A DNA stretch of 64,000 nt. It comes from a virus. Lineage: Duplodnaviria > Caudoviricetes. A model generated the notes under the pieces. It did not search any database. It had not been told where the DNA came from and saw only the letters and a program-made list of their open reading frames with translations. Positions 28,713-36,057 of the stretch are shown here, one piece after another. The translations under genes and the position numbers were made by a program. The stretch covers positions 160,001 through 224,000 of IMG/VR virus record IMGVR_UViG_3300011862_000001. The stretch is one strand, 5' to 3'. Within the stretch, counting starts at the first letter, position 1, and each line of letters opens with the position of its first letter.

Positions 28713-29315
28713 TTATTTAGCGCACACGCCTACCTTGATGGCATAGTCATCCATCTCGCCGTAGACACGATCGTACCAGCCGTAGGTGAACTCTTCGTTC
28801 TGCACACGCTTCTCAGAGATTTCCGTGTAGTAGGAAACCTGATGGCAGCACAGCGCAAACATCAGACGGTTCAGGCCAGCGGCACCACGGGCTTTCACAA
28901 AACCGCCTAAGGCAGTAAGCGTAGCCGGGCCGATACCGCCATCTGCGTCGATGTCATCGTAGAGTTTACCCTGACGGTTCAGTACGTTCAGGACGCGTTG
29001 TAGGGATTTGATACAGTTAGCACGACCGGCGTTAATGCCGAAGTCGAACATACGGTCAGCCAGCAACGGGCTCATTGCAGTAATCTGGTCAAGACGCATA
29101 CGGTCCCACCAGAGTTTCTTGTAGATAGCCAAAGCCATCTCACGAGTTAGGTTACGCATGTCACCGGTATATCCATATTCACGAGCGGTAACTTGCGTGA
29201 TACCGAAGTTAGTTGGACCACCTAAGTCATTCGCGTTATTTACATAGCCAGCCTCAATGTTCACCTTGGCGGCAATGATGCCTTCCATGCTCCAGCGGTC
29301 TACGGCCATCGCCAT
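28713..29315 (-). CDS. glycoside hydrolase family 108 endolysin with a C-terminal peptidoglycan-binding domain
   Basis: EAGYVNNANDLGGPTNFGIT GH108 motif; FDFGINAG, LQRVLN, DGGIGPAT, FTYGW. Confidence 0.9.
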   Translation of the reverse strand: MAMAVDRWSMEGIIAAKVNIEAGYVNNANDLGGPTNFGITQVTAREYGYTGDMRNLTREMALAIYKKLWWDRMRLDQITAMSPLLADRMFDFGINAGRANCIKSLQRVLNVLNRQGKLYDDIDADGGIGPATLTALGGFVKARGAAGLNRLMFALCCHQVSYYTEISEKRVQNEEFTYGWYDRVYGEMDDYAIKVGVCAK

Positions 29316-29354
29316 AATTAAGTCCTCATTCTGTTATTGGATTCATACGAACGA

Positions 29355-29389
29355 GGAAAAAAAAAATAACAGTGGCCCGAAGGCCACTG
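29355..29389 (-). terminator. intrinsic terminator ending the rSAM cluster transcript
   Basis: CAGTGGCC-CGAA-GGCCACTG (TTCG loop on -) preceded by a long A-tract on +. Confidence 0.85.
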
Positions 29390-29393
29390 AGGA

Positions 29394-30050
29394 TTACAAC
29401 AGACCTTCGTCTTTTGCCAACTGCATCACTGCGGTAAAGTCACCTTGTTCGGCGAGCGTACGCAGACGTTGCTTTTTGACGTTGAGCGACATATGCAGGT
29501 CGTTATCACGTTGGATAATTGCCGCATACAGACCTTTCACATCATCAATCGCAAACGGTTCAACCGGGCTGTTGGTGGCATCAATCCAGTACATCGGGTC
29601 AACCCCAGACTGGATATAGCCGGTGAGTGCGGTGCGGGATTTCTCGTCAGCCTGGTAACGGTGACCAGCAAACTCGATATCCTGATAACGCAGCTCTGCA
29701 TAGCGGGTGTTCATCGCTTGCATCACACGGTTAAACTCACGCCACAGGTGACCTAAGGTTGAGGTCAGCCCTTTGCGGATATCATCCAACGGCAGTTCCA
29801 ACACGTCTTTGATAAACGCTTTGGTCTTTTCCATGGTGAACGCCGCTTCGGCATCAGAGAGGTCATGCCCTTTCAGCGCTTTCATCGCCTCTTTATCACT
29901 CATGCCGTTTAGCAGGTGATAATGCAAAAGGGTACAGAACCCTTGGCGCGTGGCGTCTTCAGTTCGCAGAATCCCGCTGTAGTTACCATGGCGGTCAATC
30001 GGGGTGCCAAACTCGAAGTAGCGACGCTTTATTTCGTCATTACTAAGCAT
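29394..30050 (-). CDS. DUF4376-like protein (tail-fibre-associated)
   Basis: C-terminal IEFAGHRYQADEKSRTALTG...YWIDATNS pattern typical of DUF4376-type phage tail-associated proteins. Confidence 0.65.
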   Translation of the reverse strand: MLSNDEIKRRYFEFGTPIDRHGNYSGILRTEDATRQGFCTLLHYHLLNGMSDKEAMKALKGHDLSDAEAAFTMEKTKAFIKDVLELPLDDIRKGLTSTLGHLWREFNRVMQAMNTRYAELRYQDIEFAGHRYQADEKSRTALTGYIQSGVDPMYWIDATNSPVEPFAIDDVKGLYAAIIQRDNDLHMSLNVKKQRLRTLAEQGDFTAVMQLAKDEGLL

Positions 30051-30586
30051 TCAGTTGCTCCTACTAAGCCCAGGTCCATCGCCAAGTCAAAGTCGAACAG
30101 CTGGAAGTCAGTGTAGATATCCTGGCCCCAGACGATGTTCATTTGCTCAGCGTGGTCCTGATTTTGTTCCATATAAGCCCGCGTCAAGTGCATCTCTTCC
30201 CCGAAGGCGTCATACGCTTCGTGGGAACGCACGGCACGTACCCGAAGCTCAGGCCAGCTTAACGCCAGACCAATCAGGTTTTCCGTGTCGAGATTACGCG
30301 TAGAGCGGCGTAAGATTTCGATTTTGTGGCGCGGGAAGTCAGTGACACGCGCTTCAAAGCCCGGGTTACGTTTTTCCACTTCGACCACCGAGTTATGGTG
30401 TTCTTCGACACCGTCCAACGTCAGTATCACGTTTAAGCCAAACCGGATACACAGTTTAACGACGTCGTCGGTAAAGGCATCGGGCGCTACCAGCGCATGG
30501 GCGTTGTACAAGCCGTGCTTGTGCAAAAACGCCGCCACCAGGTGGTGACTACGCTTGGTAAAATTGTGTATCAGAAAGGCTTTCAT
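30029..30586 (-). CDS. hypothetical protein in the rSAM cluster
   Basis: GGAG RBS before ATG 30586; overlaps both neighbours. Confidence 0.75.
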   Translation of the reverse strand: MKAFLIHNFTKRSHHLVAAFLHKHGLYNAHALVAPDAFTDDVVKLCIRFGLNVILTLDGVEEHHNSVVEVEKRNPGFEARVTDFPRHKIEILRRSTRNLDTENLIGLALSWPELRVRAVRSHEAYDAFGEEMHLTRAYMEQNQDHAEQMNIVWGQDIYTDFQLFDFDLAMDLGLVGATECLVMTK

Positions 30587-31889
30587 TAGCAGTGGCTCCA
30601 GTTTGGGTCTTTTTCGCTGCTTCTGCACGTTGACGTACGCAAGACACGCAGTAGCATTGGGTTTTATCGTTTAAGTCGGTATAGCGTACGGTACCAGTTT
30701 TCTGGTAGAAGTATTCCGCGACTAACAGCTTCGCCGTCGTCCATCCACACTGGCGACGTTCAGCGTGGTACTCTTTACGGGCTTCAATCTCACCGTCACC
30801 GTTTTCGTACGAGGCCGCAGCACAGCTGCCGCACGCGTGTTTCATCGGACACCCTAAGCAGGTCTCTGGGTAGTTGGTGTACTGATTTTGAATCTCATTC
30901 AGTAACTTACCACCGTCGATGTTAACGATTTCCCGGCCACGCAGTTCAGCGACCGCCTGACGGGTCGTTACGGTAGACATAAAACGGTTGCAGCCGTAAA
31001 TCTTACGATCAAAGCCCAGGCAGGTCATGTGGGATACTGTACCACAGAAAGGACGCACACGCTCCGGGTTCAAACGGGTGGCTTCGTCGTCGAGTAACTT
31101 CTGACGCCAGTCCGGGTCCCAGGTCGCCATAAAGTCCAGACCATCCGGGAAGATGTGAGTCAGACGGTTACGCGGGTCATGCTGCAAGCCTTTGTCAAAC
31201 CAGTAGTCAATCACATCCATCATCTGGTTGGCAATCGACAACGCCGACTGACGTGGCAGCACGTCTTCGTACGTTACGTTACCCGAGATGGTGCCACCGC
31301 CGGTGACGTCAATCAGGTGCTTCATGCTCTCGGCATAACGCGGCAGGGTTTCACTGGTGAAGGTCGCTTTGATACCAAGCTCCAGGATACCCACCGACTT
31401 CAGGTAGTTGTAGCCGCGCATCGCTTTCTCATACGAGCCTTCACGGCTTACCGTAAAGATACGATAGCGGTCGTGCACTTCTGGCAAGCCATCAATCGAC
31501 ACCCCGATAGACAGCTTGTCGCGCCAGCGTTCGATAATCTGCTGGTTCAGTGGACGGTCAAACAACGTACCGTTAGTGGAGATAGAAAAGATAACGTCGC
31601 GATTATCGCGCTTGGCTAACTCTTCTGCCGCCTCAAAGACACCGAGCAGGATTTTCGGTTGCATCATCGGCTCACCACCGATAATGTCGATAATCACTTC
31701 CACGTTCTCTAAGTGACGGTCACGGTCAAAACACGCATGGATAAAGTCTACCGCGTCATCGACTTTGTTGTTACGCGGGTACTTACGCTCGTAGCAGTAT
31801 TCACAGTCGAGGTTGCACGACAGGTTGGTGACCACCTGATAAGTCTTGGTGATTTTGGGTGTTACCACCGGCATTTTATTATCGCGCAT
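30549..31889 (-). CDS. radical SAM peptide maturase with a SPASM-type auxiliary Fe-S domain
   Basis: CNLDCEYC SAM-cluster motif, IIGGEP, STNG, SIDG; C-terminal CG...GCNRF...CLGC...CGSC...C SPASM-like cysteines; extra CYCVSC near the end. Confidence 0.92.
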   Translation of the reverse strand: MRDNKMPVVTPKITKTYQVVTNLSCNLDCEYCYERKYPRNNKVDDAVDFIHACFDRDRHLENVEVIIDIIGGEPMMQPKILLGVFEAAEELAKRDNRDVIFSISTNGTLFDRPLNQQIIERWRDKLSIGVSIDGLPEVHDRYRIFTVSREGSYEKAMRGYNYLKSVGILELGIKATFTSETLPRYAESMKHLIDVTGGGTISGNVTYEDVLPRQSALSIANQMMDVIDYWFDKGLQHDPRNRLTHIFPDGLDFMATWDPDWRQKLLDDEATRLNPERVRPFCGTVSHMTCLGFDRKIYGCNRFMSTVTTRQAVAELRGREIVNIDGGKLLNEIQNQYTNYPETCLGCPMKHACGSCAAASYENGDGEIEARKEYHAERRQCGWTTAKLLVAEYFYQKTGTVRYTDLNDKTQCYCVSCVRQRAEAAKKTQTGATANESLSDTQFYQA

Positions 31890-32784
31890 TGCTTAGCCCC
31901 ACTTGAATTACACGATTGATGTAACGATACGCGTCCAGACCGATTACTTCAGCCAGACGGTTACAGCCCGAGTCCAACGCATCGACCGCGTTCTCACTTT
32001 GCCCAAAGGTGGCATCCGATTTCAACCACACCAGGTCACTACAGGCATCACAGTGATGAGTAAAGAACTTGTTCACCGACAATGCGATATGATGACGGTT
32101 AATACGGTTCAGGTTCATCAGCTGTTCATGCATACGGTTATAGCCGTACATAAAGTTCATAACGTGGTCAGGCGACAAGGGCTTCGGCATGAAGTTGTCA
32201 AACATCAAACGGAACCCCTGAAGCTTGTAGTGGTACATCGCCTCGTGTAACTTCAGCACGTCAAGGTACCAGTATTTGTTCCCTAACTGCTCACGAGTCA
32301 CCACCGACCACAGCTGCACGTTATCGAGCGCATGCAGCACCTCAAACACTTCAAAACGGCGCTCTTCAGCGACGCGCAGTAACGGACGTTCGGTTTCAGC
32401 ATAGCCATCAAACGACACGAATATCCGATCAAACTGCGCCAGCACCGGAAGCTGCTCCAGCGTCAAACGTAGCGCGTTGGTGTACATCTCATGTTGCAGG
32501 TGCGGGTAGCGTTCTTTCACCTCCGCCAGAAACTCCCGGATCTTCGGGAATGCCAGTAAGGGCTCACCCCCCGTCCAGTTGATTTGACGAATGGTGGGGT
32601 ACTGCTCGAGCAACGCGAACAGTTTTTCTTTTTGAATATCACGACCGCTGTCTTTGATATCCATGTAGCCCGCACCACCACAGAAGCTACAACTTAAGTT
32701 GCATTTCGATGTGGTCACGATCGACAACTCGGCAGGAGTTGCCGTCGGGTCGCGACGAATGGCCGACACAGCTTCTTCATTCAT
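31879..32784 (-). CDS. second radical SAM protein (short, truncated auxiliary domain)
   Basis: CNLSCSFC, WTGGEP, YTN, SFDG; only CDAC...C at the C-terminus. Confidence 0.88.
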   Translation of the reverse strand: MNEEAVSAIRRDPTATPAELSIVTTSKCNLSCSFCGGAGYMDIKDSGRDIQKEKLFALLEQYPTIRQINWTGGEPLLAFPKIREFLAEVKERYPHLQHEMYTNALRLTLEQLPVLAQFDRIFVSFDGYAETERPLLRVAEERRFEVFEVLHALDNVQLWSVVTREQLGNKYWYLDVLKLHEAMYHYKLQGFRLMFDNFMPKPLSPDHVMNFMYGYNRMHEQLMNLNRINRHHIALSVNKFFTHHCDACSDLVWLKSDATFGQSENAVDALDSGCNRLAEVIGLDAYRYINRVIQVGLSNAR

Positions 32785-32805
32785 TGCAGGTTTACTCCAG
32801 TTTTT

Positions 32806-33690
32806 TTAAAAGGTCAGCGCAAACAACGGATCGTCTTTGATGTCCACACCCGTTTCTAAGATGAACGGTGAGTGGTAAGCGTCCAGGATAGTGTTCAAGA
32901 CTGTCTGACGGTCGTTGATACGCTTTAAATCCGCAAGCGTGACGCTACGCGCAAGAATTTGCGAGACAGCCGCTTGTTCTTCTTTACTGAGGGTAACTTT
33001 GTTCAGTAAGAAGCACACCACTTTCGCCAAATCGGCTTCGGTTCCAGGCGCTTCACCAAACTTCCACTGCACCAGGTACTGCATCCACGGTTTGCGGATA
33101 CGCTTGGTGATTTCGTGTTTATCGGTAAGTCCCACAAACTTCTGCTCAGCGTGGTGCCAGACGAATTTGTAGCTGTAGGCCAGCAGGTCGAGCATATGGT
33201 GAATGCCGAGCTCTTCGTAGCCTTCAATCGGGTAATAGGTTTCGAGACCGCTGTAGTCCACGGTGTCTGCCGGTACCTGGGAATACCAGGTCGGGTGTGA
33301 GCTTGGGTAGTCCCAGCTCCATTCACGACGCACCATCGGCTTTAACCCAGATTGGGTAAACGGCGTCAGCAACATTTCCAAGTCGGCGGTTTGGTTTAAC
33401 ATCCCGTCACTCAGGAAATACTTACGGTCGACGAACTTGCCAGTGATTTCCAGTTCGCCGGTGTTCAGATGGATATGTTCTACGGTGTGACCAAGCAGCG
33501 TAAAGCTGTTCAGCACTTCATAGTTCTTCGGGTCCACCAGTTCACGACCACGCACCTTTGGCCATTCGCCAGGCAGCTGCGTAATCAAGCGAATTTGGTC
33601 TAACAGGTGATACTTCACGCTGTCGTAAATGCTGATATGCAGTGGGAAGTTTTGCGTTGTGCGAAACGCCAAGTGCAAATCGTTCTTCAT
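32806..33690 (-). CDS. hypothetical protein in the rSAM cluster
   Basis: 294-aa ORF between the Cys-rich peptides and the rSAM genes; no motif recognised. Confidence 0.85.
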   Translation of the reverse strand: MKNDLHLAFRTTQNFPLHISIYDSVKYHLLDQIRLITQLPGEWPKVRGRELVDPKNYEVLNSFTLLGHTVEHIHLNTGELEITGKFVDRKYFLSDGMLNQTADLEMLLTPFTQSGLKPMVRREWSWDYPSSHPTWYSQVPADTVDYSGLETYYPIEGYEELGIHHMLDLLAYSYKFVWHHAEQKFVGLTDKHEITKRIRKPWMQYLVQWKFGEAPGTEADLAKVVCFLLNKVTLSKEEQAAVSQILARSVTLADLKRINDRQTVLNTILDAYHSPFILETGVDIKDDPLFALTF

Positions 33691-33702
33691 GAAAAGTTCC
33701 CC

Positions 33703-33909
33703 TTAGAGGTTGCCTGCGCCATGGCTACAGCCGCCGCTGCATGTCCAGCTACAGGAACCGCCACAGTTATAATGCCATAAGGGCAGTCCGGCGAGGTTGT
33801 TGGTGTAGCTTACCGTTCCGCGTGTTGCAATGTATTCGTTGGCGTCATCGGTCTTGATGTACTTCTCAACCAGGACCATCCGGTTACGAATGTCTTTGAG
33901 TGATACCAC
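33703..33909 (-). CDS. Cys-repeat precursor-like peptide 3 (short core, 4 Cys)
   Basis: Leader VSLKDIRNR...NNLAG followed by NCGGSCSWTCSGGC; GTG start at 33909 aligns with its paralogs. Confidence 0.85.
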   Translation of the reverse strand: MVSLKDIRNRMVLVEKYIKTDDANEYIATRGTVSYTNNLAGLPLWHYNCGGSCSWTCSGGCSHGAGNL

Positions 33910-33957
33910 ATTAACCCCCAAATGTGTAAAAAGGTCGCGTGAGGGAAAGGTCCGCGC

Positions 33958-34353
33958 TTATCGCGACGGGCCGGAACACCCAGAACACCCAGAACACGAT
34001 GAGCTGCACGTCGAGCTACAGCCGGTACACGCACTGCTACAGCCTGCTGAACAACCACCAGAACACCCTCCCGAACAACCGGTACAGGTTCCTGAACAGC
34101 CAGACGTACAACTCGCAGAACAACTCGCCCCACACGTCCCTGAGGCTGAACCTGAGCACCCACCTGAGCATGAAGAACACGTCCAACTGCACGTTCCCCC
34201 ACAGTCGTAGTGCGTCCGGTCAAAACCGGCAAAGCGGTTAGCGTTATTGGTGGCTTTCCCACGGATATAATTCTGCACCCCATTGACATCACGCAATGCG
34301 GTGGCGTCAATCGCATTAATGCGATCGCGAATATTCTTTAATAAAATTGCCAT
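33958..34353 (-). CDS. Cys-repeat precursor-like peptide 2 (20 Cys)
   Basis: GAGG RBS; leader MAILLKNIRDRI...NNANRFAG, then a CxxxC/CxxC Ser/Gly/Thr repeat ending CSGCSGP. Confidence 0.9.
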   Translation of the reverse strand: MAILLKNIRDRINAIDATALRDVNGVQNYIRGKATNNANRFAGFDRTHYDCGGTCSWTCSSCSGGCSGSASGTCGASCSASCTSGCSGTCTGCSGGCSGGCSAGCSSACTGCSSTCSSSCSGCSGCSGPSR

Positions 34354-34364
34354 GCGTGTTTCCT

Positions 34365-34748
34365 CTACGGTCCAGAACAACCGGAACACCCGGTGCAACT
34401 GGATGAGCAGCTACCGGAACACCCGGAACAGCTTTTTGAACACCCGCCGGAGCAACTGCCGGAGCAACCCGAACAGCCGGAGCATCCCGTAGAGCAACCC
34501 CCTGTACAACTTCCCGTACAGGTCGAGGTACACGTCCCCGAACAACTCGTACAGCTTGCAGAACATCCGTTAGAACACGACCAGCTACACGACCCGTTAC
34601 AATCCAGTCCCGGTTGCGACCACCCGGCGAAGCTGTCTTGTGCGTTATTCGCTTGCACAGCCACCTGGTAATCAACCCGAGGGCCAGTAGCGTATGTGTT
34701 TTCCACGTTCTGCAAACGGTCGCGTATGTTTTTAACTGAGATAACCAT
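34365..34748 (-). CDS. Cys-repeat precursor-like peptide 1 (21 Cys)
   Basis: AAGGA RBS; leader MVISVKNIRDRL...NNAQDSFAG, then a CxxxC/CxxC repeat ending CSGCSGP. Confidence 0.9.
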   Translation of the reverse strand: MVISVKNIRDRLQNVENTYATGPRVDYQVAVQANNAQDSFAGWSQPGLDCNGSCSWSCSNGCSASCTSCSGTCTSTCTGSCTGGCSTGCSGCSGCSGSCSGGCSKSCSGCSGSCSSSCTGCSGCSGP

Positions 34749-34762
34749 ACGTTTCCTTTGTT

Positions 34763-34801
34763 AATAAAAAGTGAGGACTCTGCCATATAGACAGGTCCTC
34801 A
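34763..34801 (-). terminator. possible terminator/attenuator between the fibre gene and the peptide genes
   Basis: TGAGGAC...GTCCTCA inverted repeat with an adjacent A-run on + (U-tract on -); large loop. Confidence 0.45.
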
Positions 34802-34811
34802 TGTAATTAGA

Positions 34812-36011
34812 CTAACGAGTACCGGCTTCTGCCTGTACGTCGTCACGCGTGGTCAGGCTGGCGTTGACGTGAACGTTGGCCTGAATCACGCCACCGTACT
34901 GTTTGTGCAGGTATTGAGTGTGTGGGTCAACGGCTGCCGTGTGGTTAGCCAGACTCTGCGACACGCCAGAGATACCGGCGGTGTTGTTAGCGACCTGTTG
35001 ACGCAGTTGCGCCAAGTCGGCTGCCACATCGCGGAATTTCTGCTCAGTCGCAGCACCCTGAGTTTCCAGGTTAGTGACCCGTTGCGCCAAGGCAGCAATT
35101 ACCTGATTCTGGTCGGTGACCATCTTCTGGAGTTGCAGCACCAGGTCGTTAAGGTTCGCTAACTGAAGCGCCATACGCTGGTAGTTCTGCGCAACCGAGT
35201 TCAGCTGGTCATTCCAAGACGCCAGGGCTGAAACGATAGCATCGATACGTCCGTTAATCGCGGTGTCCGCTGCTTTCAAATTCCCGATGTCGGAGAGCAC
35301 TGCATCAATCGCGGTTTGTACCTGAGCAATCAGTGCTCGGATTTCCGTTTCGGTTAAGCCGTTGGCCTGATGAATGTCCAGACTGTGAACGTTACCCTGG
35401 GCGTTGATGTGGGTTTGAAGCGCAGTCATAAACTGCGTTTTCATGTCGGTAATCAACGTGGCGAGCTGTTCAAGCTGAAGCGATTGCCCGGCATTAATCA
35501 CATCACGGATACCGGCAATTTCGGTAATGACGTATTCAAAGCCAAACAAGTCACCCAAGTCTTTAAACATCGGCGCACCCGGGAAGGTGTCCGGCACATT
35601 ACGCAGGTTCTTAAAGTCAATGATTTTGTCTTCAAGATTGGCATCAGCCAAGCCCTGCTTAATCGCGGCAATGTTCGCTGACTGCGGACCCCCAACCACT
35701 TGCGCTACCGCAATCAGGTCGGTTGGTACAGAGGAATCGGTTACCACCACCGCCATACAGATTTCGCGGTTGTTTGCCATCTTCTGATAAACGGGGTGGG
35801 TCAGGATAAGCTCGTAGTGGGTACCGCGCACTAAGTTCGTGTTCGGGGCACTGGCAGGACGCAAGCGGAACGTGTCTGCATAGAACGGCCCTGCGGGAAA
35901 CGCAAAGGCACGGTTAACTTTACCACCGCCCAAAACGATAGGTACCGAGACCGCATTCGAGGTCATCGTCCCTTTCAAATCAAGCGGGTACTGATAAATG
36001 ATATCTGGCAT
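34812..36011 (-). CDS. virion protein / short tail fibre with a long coiled coil
   Basis: N-terminal YPLD...GPFY...LVRGTHYEL domain shared with the three upstream fibre genes; heptad coiled coil; HTAAVDPHTQY fibre motif. Confidence 0.8.
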   Translation of the reverse strand: MPDIIYQYPLDLKGTMTSNAVSVPIVLGGGKVNRAFAFPAGPFYADTFRLRPASAPNTNLVRGTHYELILTHPVYQKMANNREICMAVVVTDSSVPTDLIAVAQVVGGPQSANIAAIKQGLADANLEDKIIDFKNLRNVPDTFPGAPMFKDLGDLFGFEYVITEIAGIRDVINAGQSLQLEQLATLITDMKTQFMTALQTHINAQGNVHSLDIHQANGLTETEIRALIAQVQTAIDAVLSDIGNLKAADTAINGRIDAIVSALASWNDQLNSVAQNYQRMALQLANLNDLVLQLQKMVTDQNQVIAALAQRVTNLETQGAATEQKFRDVAADLAQLRQQVANNTAGISGVSQSLANHTAAVDPHTQYLHKQYGGVIQANVHVNASLTTRDDVQAEAGTR

Positions 36012-36057
36012 AGCCAAACTCCCTTAGCAGGACTTCCTTGTCCCTTATCGTGAATGG

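Noticed and set aside
30549-32784. rSAMs as QueE, NrdG, MoaA or anaerobic sulfatase maturase
   Set aside because: No partner genes (que, nrdD, moa, sulfatase) in the window; canonical CxxxCxxC spacing and the adjacent Cys-rich substrates point elsewhere.
33958-34620. Repetitive DNA as a possible CRISPR array or tandem DNA repeat
   Set aside because: No constant repeat with unique spacers; the periodicity is explained by the encoded CxxxC repeats with varied codons.
33830-34671. + strand ORFs with PEHPEQ-like repeats (33830..34210, 34393..34671) and other overlapping frames
   Set aside because: They are antisense or alternate-frame shadows of the Cys/Ser/Gly codon repeats; the - strand frames have RBSs, shared leaders and operon context.
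33703-34748. Cys-rich peptides as simple metallothioneins
   Set aside because: Not excluded, but the conserved leader/core architecture and two adjacent rSAM genes favour modification substrates.
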